A stretch of DNA of 64,000 nucleotides from Daphnia carinata (lineage: Eukaryota): positions 5,890,001-5,954,000 of the forward strand of contig NC_081331.1 in the NCBI RefSeq assembly GCF_022539665.2, given 5' to 3'. Both the position numbers and the translations under genes were made by a program. Of this stretch, positions 28,120-39,200 are shown piece after piece. A model generated the notes under the pieces. It worked only from the letters and a program-made list of their open reading frames with translations. It was not told the DNA's origin and made no database searches. Positions within the stretch are counted from its first letter, which is position 1. Each line of letters opens with the position of its first letter.

Positions 28120-30328
28120 AATGTGTGAACACAGACTATGAAGGCAACAAATTTTGCAAAAAAATTTTATAAAAAAAAATTTATTGACAATTCTCTGCAC
28201 ATTACAATTATTTTTGCAACTTTAAAAAGGCACAATAGCCCTTTCAAAAGTTGCCGTCAACCCAGGCAGGGGGAGACACTGCCTTGTTGACCCACCGGGG
28301 AGATTACCCGGTGATTGGCTAAGAGAAGCCGGAAGAAGAGCCGAAGAAATGGAACATTTTTACAGGAGCGATTAACCTTTAGTTCGGATTTGTGGGCAGC
28401 CACGTCACCCTCCGTGAACACATCATCGGACGAAGCGGCACCCCACGTCCCCTTTCCGGCCAGAGCCCTCCAAACCTCGGTATATGTTGTTTTTATATAT
28501 ACCGTACAGTAGGGGCATGACCCCCTACGGGCTTATTATGAGTCAAGGGGAAACGGGGCTTCAGAAAAGAAGGGAGCCCAGATATGCACTTCAATTTTTT
28601 AAATATCAAATACCGTCTGGGGAATCCGAATTAAGTATAGAAATGTCATGTCATCCATCCAATCAATACAATTTATTCAGTGTCTTGCCCCAACCAAGAA
28701 TTTTTTCAGATCCAATGTTACTATTAACCTATATTGAGAAAAGAAAAACAACACCGTTAAACATATCAACTGTTGATCATGTAACTTACATGACTCATAG
28801 ATTCAACTTCTGGTGGAAGCTTGGGGAAGGACATACAAATTGCAGATTAACATCATTGTATAAGGCTCTTGAATGATAAACTAGCACCTGTACAATGTTG
28901 CATTGTTGATAGTTGTGTTCCCAGTACATGAAAATCCTTTCCTATTGGATAAAATTTTTTTTGGTAGATTAGACCTGGTTGGCAAAAAGGAGGAGAAATT
29001 CTTCGTCATAAATTCAAAATTATTTGAAGAAAAATCCTTTCATACCTAAAGAGTCCATGTATGATGTTCATCTCTGCAATGGCAGCAAAATTAAAACATC
29101 TTTAGGGCCATTTAAGTACCCAGTTTCCCCAACACTCTGAACGTAAAGGACAAGTTGTTCTTTAGACAGAGAAGCAGAATTATTTGAGGTTTCTAGCTGT
29201 GACAGAACTATAAAGGATTGCTGTTGTACTGGATTTATTAACACAAGATGGTACTTCTCTGGATTATTTCATGTTTGGCTGAAACTAGGATTAATCTTTT
29301 GAATTGTTAATAAAATAAACACATTAGACAATGTGCATACTCTATTACTTTACCTCATACCTTAATGGTAATGCACTCTGTGTTTTTTCATCTGTAGGCT
29401 GACTCTTCCATCCTGTAACACTTCCAGACTTGATTTGATCCCCCATTAAATTCTGTGAATGCAAAATAATAGCATTAAAAATACTTTTTCAATAGACATA
29501 AAACCGAAAAGTACCTAATCCATGTTTCACGTTGAACTTGTGCCATATCTTGGTTTCCGTACCACACCCATTTTCGGCCCAAATACGGTCCCACAATTGT
29601 TCACTTCCTTCACTGCATGGGCTTATTACTAACGATTCTTTTTGTGCAGCACTAACAGAATTTAAATTTAACACACTGTCAGGTGGTAGACTGAATAACT
29701 AAACAATAAATAATTGTTTGTTAAAATTCTATACTTATTTTGAATTCTTATTTGAAAAGTTTAGGTACCTGACTGTGTTCGCCTAATGCCAATTCATCCT
29801 CATGTTCAGTTAGGTTTGAGTTTGGAAAAACCTCCTTCACTGTTTGGAAACTGTTCCGTTCCAATTTGTTCTTTTCCCCTAGCTGAGCTTGTAGACTCAA
29901 ACTTTGAGCTACAAAACACAAATGAATAAAAGCCAATAAATAGAATCATTATGTATTAGGCCTTACCATCCTTAGCTTTGCTGTTATCTAATATTTTGTG
30001 CTGTTGCAATAATTGAGCCTGCAGGTCCATAATTTGATCTAATAAACAATAATTAATAATTCAAAACAAATATAATAATGTTTATACTTACCATCCTTTT
30101 GTAGTATTATCTTATCCATTTTTCAATTGTTCCTCCAGCCACGCGTTAGTCTCCATCCACGCTACTGAACTAACTGCGAATGGCATCCAATGGAATGAAA
30201 TTGCCTACGCCAGAAATAATGAGTCTGAGCGGTAGATGGCTACGTGTCGGAAAAAAAGAAAAAAGTGCGATTTTTTATTTTTTTTTCGCCATTTTTTTTT
30301 TTTTTTTTATGTAAAACGGATTGCCATA
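28120..30328 (-). repeat. Right arm (copy 2) of the inverted repeat, carrying the decayed gene on the minus strand
   Basis: Reverse complement of 25270-27422. Nearly identical over 28120-28880, more diverged outward. Keeps ~63 bp (~29260-29322) that copies 1 and 3 lack. Confidence 0.95.
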
Positions 30329-31981
30329 GTTTTCCCCGAAAAAAAAAAATATATTTCGTCAAAAAAAAAAAAAAAAAAAATTTTTTTCTTTTGAACGAGG
30401 AAGTCCTAGTTCATAGGACTATAATATGGATAAAATGCACTGCGCAGAAGTTAGAAGAATGCAAAGAGCAAAACATAAGGGCAAGCAAAAAAAAAGTAGA
30501 GTAAGAATAAGATAAATTTTGCTTTTTTTTAATAAAAATAAATTGTATTGACATTACTCTGAACAGTTAAATAATTTTGCAACTTTCGAAAGGCAATGCA
30601 ACCCTTTCAAAAGTTGCCGCCAACCAAGGCAGGGGGAGACACTGCATTGGTTGACCCATCGGGGAGATTACCCGGTGCTTGGCTAAGAGAAGCCGGAAGA
30701 AGAGCCGAAGAAATGGAACATTTTTACAGAACCTTTAATTCGGATTGTTGGGTAGCCACACAGCCCTCCATGAACACTTCATCGAACCATGCGGACCCCT
30801 ACGTCCCCTTTCCGGCCAGAGCCCTCCAAACCTCGGTATATGTTGTTTTTATATATACCGTACAGTAGGGGCATGACCCCCTACGGGCTTATTATGAGTC
30901 AAGGGGAAACGGGGCTTCAGAAAAGAAGGGAGCCCAGATATGCACTTCAATTTTTTAAATATCAAATACCGTCTGGGGAATCCGAATTAAGTATAGAAAT
31001 GTCATGTCATCCATCCAATCAATACAATTTATTCAGTGTCTTGCCCCAACCAAGAATTTTTTCAGATCCAATGTTACTATTAACCTATATTGAGAAAAGA
31101 AAAACAACACCGTTAAACATATCAACTGTTGATCATGTAACTTACATGACTCATAGATTCAACTTCTGGTGGAAGCTTGGGGAAGGACATACAAATTGCA
31201 GATTAACATCATTGTATAAGGCTCTTGAATGATAAACTAGCACCCGTAGAATGTTGCATTGTTGATAGTTGTGTTCCCAGTATATGAAAATCCTTTCCTA
31301 TTGGATAAATTTTTTTTTTGTAGATTAGACCTGGTTGGCAAAAAGGAAGAGAAATTCTTTGTCATAAATTCAAAATTATTTGAAGAAAATTCCTTTCATA
31401 CCTAAAGAGTCCATGTATGATGTTCATCTCTGCAACGGCAGCAAAATCTTAGGGCCATTTAAGTACCCAGTTTCACCAACACTGTGAACATAAAGGTTGT
31501 TCTTAAGCCAGAGAAGCAGAATTATTTCAGGCTTCTAGCTGTGACAGAACTATAAAGGATTGCTGTTGTACCAGATTCATTAACACAAGATGGTACTTCT
31601 CATTAGACAATTTGCATCACTCTATTACTTTACCTCACACCTTAACGGTAATGCACTCTCAGTGTTTTTTCAACTACAGGCTGACTCTTCCATCCTGTAA
31701 CACTTCCAGACTTGACTTGATCCCCCGCTAGAATTCTGTGAATGCAAAATTATAGTGTTAAAAATACTTTTTCGATAGACAAAAAACCAAAAAGTACCTA
31801 ATCCATGTTTTAGGTTGAACTCGTGCCATTTCTGGGTTTCCGTACCACACCCATTTTTGGCCCAAATACGGTTCCACAATTGTTCAATTCCTTCGCTGCA
31901 TGGACTTATTACTAACGTTTCTTTTAGTGCAGCACTAACAGAATTTAAATTTTACACACTGTCAGGTGGTGGACTGAATAA

Positions 31982-32582
31982 CCATGGTGTACTAGCATGG
32001 TGTAACAACTCTTTGTTACAACGGCCTATCTCGGCTGAAGCCTGTTTGGGGTCTAGGTTATATATTGTCAGAGACGCCTAGTGGCCGATATTGAAGTAAA
32101 AGGTAAATGCTGCACCTACTTGAAAAATTTTCTAAGTCCAAACAAGGGGACGTGTCCCATTATCCCATTACCTGTTACATATCAAAATTAACTTCTAACC
32201 TTTGTGTAGTTATACTATCGTATTTTTATGTTTAGTTCGTATAAAATGTGGAAGAAGTGGAAAAAAATCTTGTTTTTACTTGTTTGTACGCGCCGCACGT
32301 GGCCAGTTTACGTTAGGAAAGGAGAAAAAAAAAAGATTTGTACTGGGTTCGAACTCGAGACTCCCGTACTGCAATCGAGAATTATATTCATTAGACCACT
32401 GCATTTGTAATTATTCTACTATCGCGATACTAGTACATCTGCTCAGTACTTCTAAGTAGTTCCGATGGTGGCGTCGGCTATATCTAACCCCAGTTAGGCC
32501 ACACCCACCTCGTCAGAAAACAGGCTTCATTGGAGATAGGCCTTAAAATGGAGAGTTGTTACACCATGCTAGTACACCATGG
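31982..32582. mobile_element. Non-autonomous DNA transposon (MITE), 601 bp, 31-bp perfect TIRs, 5-bp TSD AATAA
   Basis: CCATGGTGTACTAGCATGGTGTAACAACTCT at 31982-32012 and its exact reverse complement at 32552-32582. Subterminal IRs GGCCTATCTC/GAGATAGGCC and TGAAGCCTGTTT/AAACAGGCTTCA. AATAA at 31977-31981 and 32583-32587. The empty site ctgAATAActaaac is visible in copy 2 (~29691-29704). Confidence 0.92.
32343..32402 (-). other. Degenerate tRNA-like cassette inside the MITE
   Basis: Minus strand GCAGTGGTCTAATGAATATAATTCTCGATTGCAGTACGGGAGTCTCGAGTTCGAACCCAG: an A-box-like start and B box GAGTTCGAACCC at tRNA spacing. Confidence 0.5.
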
Positions 32583-32613
32583 AATAACTAAACATTAAAA
32601 AATTGTTTGTTAA

Positions 32614-32990
32614 AGTCGGGCTTACCGACTTTTTCATTTTCTTTCAAAATCAAGATATAGCTATAACAATACGTGAGTTTGATTCTAAATTAAAGAAAAT
32701 CATAAATATGTCGTTAATTTTTTTCATTGGGCCAACTGTTTTTGAAATACACCGAATATTTGTGCTGCTTCGCGCTGGCGCTGGTGCGTACTGGCACGCT
32801 TGCGATTGTGTTAAATATTCGGTGTATTTCAAAAACGATAAATTTGATGCAAAAATAAAGCCTTGTTTTTGCGTCGGGTAACATAATACAAAATTGGCTG
32901 CTTTTTCAGGACAATCGCATTGATCATTTTGTTCAACGTACATTGAGATACTCATCGAAAACGGAAAAAAAATTTATACACAAAATTCTC
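32614..32990. mobile_element. Probable truncated non-autonomous TTAA-targeting (Kolobok-like) element
   Basis: Begins with AG directly after the TTAA at which copy 3 homology stops. Perfect 24-bp internal IR at 32738-32761/32813-32836. No matching right terminus found, so the end is approximate. Confidence 0.4.
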
Positions 32991-33783
32991 TAGCGGTCGA
33001 TGACACTTCACATCCCAGCAAATTTGCGCGAGTACAATGCTCCCGCTTTTCTTGCCGTCAGAAATTATGTAGATAACTTGAAACTTCAATGCAAGTCGAG
33101 GTGGTTTCAAGTAAACTAGAGAAATCTGCTTCTTGAACCGCCGGCTATCGAAATCACTTGAGGCATGCTGGAACAGGAAAACGTTTGCGTGATGGCATTT
33201 GTAACCAAGATCAAGATTTGAATCAGTTTGAGCGACAGAGAAAAGAAGGAACTGGTTGTTTCCAACACATCTTTTGCAAGGTTTGCGTTAGTTGAAGCTT
33301 AGTGAATTAAGAGGTCAAAGAACATGAAAAAATACTATTAAAAACACGACTATTTTTTAGTGTCATTCGCATTGTAAAACTTGAAAACACATAGGTTGCT
33401 TTTCAAATTTTGTAGGTTAAACTGGTTGTTCGCGTACAATTACACTGAATCCCGGTTATAATCGATTACCGTTATACAGCTCCACTGCTGACGAAAATCC
33501 ACGAAAAGGAGAGATTCTCCAGGCTCATCAACGGACAACCCGGTCACCGAAACCGGTCGCCGTTGATGGGCGATATTTCGAAGACGGTTAAATGTTTAAT
33601 TTTCAAAAGAATAGTTCCAAAATTTTTTCTTGTAACAAACTGGTTGTAACGAATGGTCAAGCAAAACGTATAAATTGAATCAGGGGAGTTGCTGGACGTG
33701 GCAGAAGTTACGAGGACGTCAAGGATACGACGCACACTTTTTCCTTGATAGACCCGAGCAATACGAACATAAGGCAACTCAAA

Positions 33784-34678
33784 ATGCCGATTTCGTATTT
33801 TAGCCTGCTACTGGTAATTACAAATTTTTTCGTTCTCAGATGCACACTGAATCAAAAATAACACAAATTTGCGAAATGATTTATACCTAACGATGTAATC
33901 CTATGTCTTGCAGGTGTTGTCGGCTGCCTGGATGGGACATGGATTGCCCGCAGAGCCGAAGGAACCAACGTCGAGGGATTCGCGGCAGATGATGTTCCCT
34001 TTCGGTGTAGTACCAATGCAGCAACCCAGTGATTTCATCGACGTTGGTGAGTGGCTGATATTTCCCTTCAATAGCCGCATCAGTAGACGGTAGTCAAACA
34101 ATTGCAGTGTAATTTAACGTGGACATTGAAACTACTTCCTGAAGTGTGTCCCTCTTTATAAATGTTGTGTAAAAAAAAGCAGTAGACTTGTGACAACAAT
34201 GACATTTTTCGTATTTCGGTTTTAGGCACTTTAGTGCATCACCTGCCTCCAGCAGCAAAACTTAGGTTGGTGGATGCTTTGTTAACTACAACAGCAGCAC
34301 TGTCTGAAAATCCTCCATTGAGCCCTGGCTACAAAGCTGGAACAGGGCCAAACAGTTTGGATTTATCGAATCTCGACCCGAACGCTTCCCGTAAGAATAG
34401 GAAAAAATCACTTACAAATAAATTGCCCCGCTTAACATTTTAAATCGATTTCTCTAAAAAAAAAAAAAAAATATGAAAACACAAAAACAGCTGAAGAACT
34501 CTTCCAAAGGATCAGCCACCTGGTGCCGTATTCGCTAGAAGAACTAAGAGATATGCAATCACGGCTGGGATTGGATGCAGTTGTTACCCTCATCGTCCAA
34601 GCCCTGGTTGGCCAGATTGTAAGTGTTCTTATAGTACCATTCATCATAAGCATAATCGCTGGTATGTTTGCTGGCTAA
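33784..34678 (+). CDS. Uncharacterised 171-aa protein with signal peptide and hydrophobic C-terminus; exons 33784-33813, 33914-34046, 34226-34390, 34491-34678
   Basis: Four exons join in frame through GT-AG introns (516 nt total). N-terminus MPISYFSLLL|VLSAAWMGHG; C-terminus LDAVVTLIVQALVGQIVSVLIVPFIISIIAGMFAG*. Confidence 0.72.
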
Positions 34679-36295
34679 GCTGGGTGTCTGCTTGACGGCA
34701 ACCATTCGTTTGCGCTGCTTTAACTGTTTTGATTTACGAGAATGATTCGTAGTCTCCCTACACCAATTCGTATTTTTACATGATTGTTTCTTTCCTATCC
34801 TATCAACTTCAACGTGATTAAAGGACTATTTAATACACGAATCCGATTCTTGAGTTCGCTTACGTTTTCAAGTTTTACACACCTGCTTGCCTGTTGGCAA
34901 GAAAATCCAAGTCTCTGAACAAAGAAAAAAGGCCGTCTTTCACGAAAAGTAGACAAGGAAAGGACAATGATTGAAACACCTTGAAAAAACCTTCCAAGCT
35001 AATGAACGTTTGAGAAATCAGCTTCGATAAAACTATGCAATTCCAAGTGGGACTGAAAATATCCAGTCCCATTTCTCCTGTCCCACTTTGTTAGCTAAAC
35101 ATCACTAGAAAATAACGTTGGAAGTGAATTCAAACGAAAGAGGTGCAAACTCTGTGCTTAGTAACTACAATGGACGGACTATTGCAAGTGGCAAAGCAGC
35201 TCAAGTCTTAAAAGGCATTTCCTAAGAACGAATTCTTGAATATTAGGACAGGAATGAAAGCTGACCTCGTGTTCCATGTAAGGAGCATCACGAATTTGCC
35301 AAGAAACGTAAAGAAGGGCTACGTTAGACGTGCAGCTAATTTTTACAAAACGAATTATTAGACTATAGTGGGAGACAGAATATGTGATCTAAACAATTAG
35401 ATGCCAATAAAAAAATAGTGCTTAACAAAAAAGGGAATGATGGTCTGATCTACTACTACAACCCATTCTGAAATAGTGCACAGTGCGAACAATGATGTTG
35501 TTTTCTAGTGTATTACAAGCACCATTTTTCCTTTTGTATTAGGACTTCAGTCATCAGCAGTTGATCAACTGCCATACTTGCGATTACACAGTTTTAGAAT
35601 GTTTTTTATTTCACGATTCTACAGAATGCACTGTAGGTTATTAAAACCGTATTAGTTTCTAAATATGCCTACAACAATAGAAGTGAATCACTGAAACCAT
35701 ATTTCCAATAATTTTTTTTTGTGTTTTTTTTTGGTTTGTTTTTGTTTTTTGTGTTTTTTTGCGTTACAAGGAATGTAATATGATGAAACGTCCATCAATT
35801 TTCTAGGTGAGAGGACTAAATACTCTTGAAAAAAAAAGGAGTTAACATTATGTGAAGGCATCTGCGTCTTGGTTATAAAGAATATACAAAAATAGGCAGA
35901 AAAAAAAATCATTTTTCCTCCGTTTTCAAACGTCAACGTCCATCGATGTGAAGCTTGCCTATTGCCCGGCAAAATGAAGGGGAAATAAAAATATCAACAT
36001 AAAAATGTGCGTCATCCACACGTAATGTGAATGAAACGAATGGTATCATATGGAAGGCCGGCTTTCAAACGGCTTCACAGTGTCTCTGTTCTTTTCAAAT
36101 ACCGATCGAGGAAAAAACGAAAACAAAAAAAATAATAATGATTGCAGGAATCAGTGCAGCTACTGTGTTGTTTAAGTGATTGGATGAGGAACCAGTTGCT
36201 ACTTGATTACCTTGTTAATTTAGCACCACAAACAAAAGGCGAAAGAACGAAGAGAAGGAAGAGATGGGTAAGCTGTTTAGCGGTTGAATTCAACT

Positions 36296-39200
36296 CTAAA
36301 TCTGATTGCGTTTAGAAGAATTGATCAGATATTTACAGCAATGAGTCAACAGATGTTTCTCGTTACTCTGCTCGGCGTTGTTACCGCTGCTGGTCCCCAT
36401 CGAATTGACTTCACGCGTATAAATATCCATTCCGTATTGACCTTCTTCGGGAAAACTGATCTTAAAGGTGACCAGGTCGTCCGTGACATAATGCGTGGCG
36501 TATTTAGCAAGCCGTTTCTCTTCCGAGCCGTTTTTGTGTAGTGTAGCCATAAAGTCGGTCAACGGTCGGGACATGCGGAATTGGCATTCGAGTTCACGGC
36601 CGGCAAAAATCAGCGCATCTTGATGAGTAATGGGCACCAGGCCAAAAAGGCGCGTTGCCTTCATCGGGCCCCATTCGCCACTAGCACAGTCCGGCAGAGG
36701 GACCATGACTGTCTGAAGGTCCTCACAAACGATCTTGAACTTGCAAACGCTCTTGAATTTCATTGGCTCGCCTGTCAGGTATTCGCGTGGTGTCACTGCG
36801 TTAGCGAAGATATCCAGAAGGAAAGCCCCACTGCAAGGGGCGTGCACTCGGAAAGCCACCACGTTTCCAACAACAGACTATCAGAATAGCAAGGAAACAC
36901 AAAACTTTAATCGATGAAAAATTGAATACGTCTGAATTTGATATTGACCTGCATGACGAAACGCTTAAGACTGGTGTTTTCGAATGTGTCGGTATCATTG
37001 TCGTAAAACTTGAGGTTGTAATGGAAAATGAGGCTGGCTTGCATGTTGGACGGCATACCAATTCGAATCGTAACAGCTCCTGTTGCAATACAAAACATGC
37101 ATTTAGATTGGTGGACGTCAATTTGTATTGCGATTAATCGATTGATCAACAGCGCAATAAATCACCTGTGGAATCCGTAACCATAACTGCCTTGGTGTTG
37201 TCATCTGGGAAGTACAACCCATAACGGAAGAAGAGGGAACGCACGAAAGGCAGGTCTTCAAACTCTTTGAGAGTGATGGTGGTTTTAAGCAGTTGCCATT
37301 CGGCTTGAAGAGGGAAAAATTCGTAGATGAATTCCTTCGGATCCGTTAAGAAGTAATGATCATCATACTCGTAACTAATACAAAACAAATGTCAAAGTCA
37401 AACACGTAAACATTTTTTTGTGCAAATTTCCTTACGTACCGAAGACTGTCGGATTTGCTCTTGCTACCCGGTTTGGGTACTTCTTTAGCATTGACCAGAT
37501 GGCGGGCGCCCCAGTTGCACTGCACGAAGCGCCAAGCTCCGGCAACATAGACAGCGTTCCACGAATTACGGAAGCGGTTGTCCTCGAAGCGGACTCCCGG
37601 TTGATAGCCGGCTGATTTTGAATAGCCCTTGATAACCACGCAATGTAAACCGGCATAGCTACATTTCATCAGAAAGTAAAGCGACGAAATGTCAAGTTAC
37701 GATGTAAAAAAAAATGTCAACCGTGACATGATTTTAATACCTGCAGATGCGTTTGAACAAGACGTGGTAGCTTTCCGTACCGTGTTTGATGCCTCGGAGC
37801 AAACCCATCGGTGTATCTGTGCGAACCGTGTCGTCGAACTGCATCGTGTTCAAATTCTTGACCGTGATCCACCGGAAAATGGTTCTATTGACGACAATGA
37901 TAAAACGATGAATAAAATCATAGAAAATGTTACATTTATTTATCATATATTACCTGGCTTTCTCGACATCGGATCCACATCGTCCAATCAACATGCGTAC
38001 AAGGTCTGTGAATGTTTTCTGATCTTCTTGTGCCACCTAATTAATGAAGAATACGAAATAATGAAGAAATTGAAGATAAAAAGCGGAAGGATATTTCAAT
38101 GCATTCCAGTTAATTAGCGACCGTGTCTAAATCCGGCTGATGCAAACAAAAAAAAAAGAAAATTTCGTAGCAAACGCAACGGCCGTAATTGTACAACGAG
38201 ACATAACAAAATGTGCGGCTATAAAAAAAAAAACGTTTGGAACATCGAGTATATACCGTACTGTACACAGTTACACATTCAAATTTTTCGTACTAAAGTC
38301 ATTTTGGGGGAAAAGAAACGACTTGATGGCTTTGACTTTTAATCCGTTAATCTATTATTCCAGTCTTTGGACTGGAACAATTGTCACGCTACACGCAGCT
38401 TTAGTACTAACAAACGACCGCTGATTGCCTTAAACTTACCGTCATACTGTTGAAACACGTTTAACAGGAAAACAACCAAAGACCATAATTGTACCTTATT
38501 ACTGAAGGAAATATGAAAAGCGCTTACCGAAATAGCGATTTGATCAATATCAGCAAAGACGAGCGGATCGTGGTAGATGTCAGTTTTCGCCACACCGGGT
38601 GGTTGAGGTGCAGGAGGGTTGCTCGGGTAAGGGAACAATTCCTCGGTCTGGTAATCATCGTCGATGTAGAGGCTCTCGGCGCGCATGAACTCGGAGCGTT
38701 TCTCGTTGATCAAGTTCATCATCTCTTTGCTCTGCTTCTCCACCAGTGCTGCTGTCGCCGCTCTAAATTTTTTTTTTTTTTTTTTCAAATCCGTTAACAA
38801 GAAAAGATGATAGTTAGACGTGAGAGAATTGTGTTTAAGTTCTTGATGGATTAAGGGAAAATCTATGGCGAATCAAGTTGAGTTGATAGCAAATATTCCG
38901 TTATAAAAAATAATACATCTTTCCTAGAATGAACTCTAGATTAAACTCCCGTCTAAGACGGATGCGTTTTATGACTTGAGGATATACTGATATGGAGTGA
39001 AAAGGGCGTTGCACGTTATGCTCCGGGATGTTTCGAAATAAAGACCAAAAAAAAAATAATAATAAAACCGGAAAAGCAACGAGAATGCAAAATTGAGGAA
39101 GAGTATAGTTGAACTGGAGAGAGCAATGCATCGCTATAAGGAATCCCGATGGCAAACACACGCACACACACACACACAAAAAAAACAAGACGTTTGTGGT

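Larger units (their letters stand above)
30513..32613 (-). repeat. Third, partial copy of the arm unit in the same orientation as copy 2; interrupted by a MITE and truncated at TTAA
   Basis: 30800-31240 matches copy 2 (same 130-aa translation). Homology continues to 31981, resumes at 32583 and ends at ttgtttg-TTAA (32610-32613). Confidence 0.92.

Noticed and set aside
28525..28565. Hammerhead ribozyme or Penelope-like terminus (ttatgag..gaaac)
   Set aside because: The core CTGATGA is absent, no stem II forms, and no reverse transcriptase remnant was seen.
28484..28876. 130-aa ORF identical in three copies as a real protein
   Set aside because: Non-ATG start, antisense to the spliced gene relic, and no recognisable motif. 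The identity is explained by DNA-level homogenisation.
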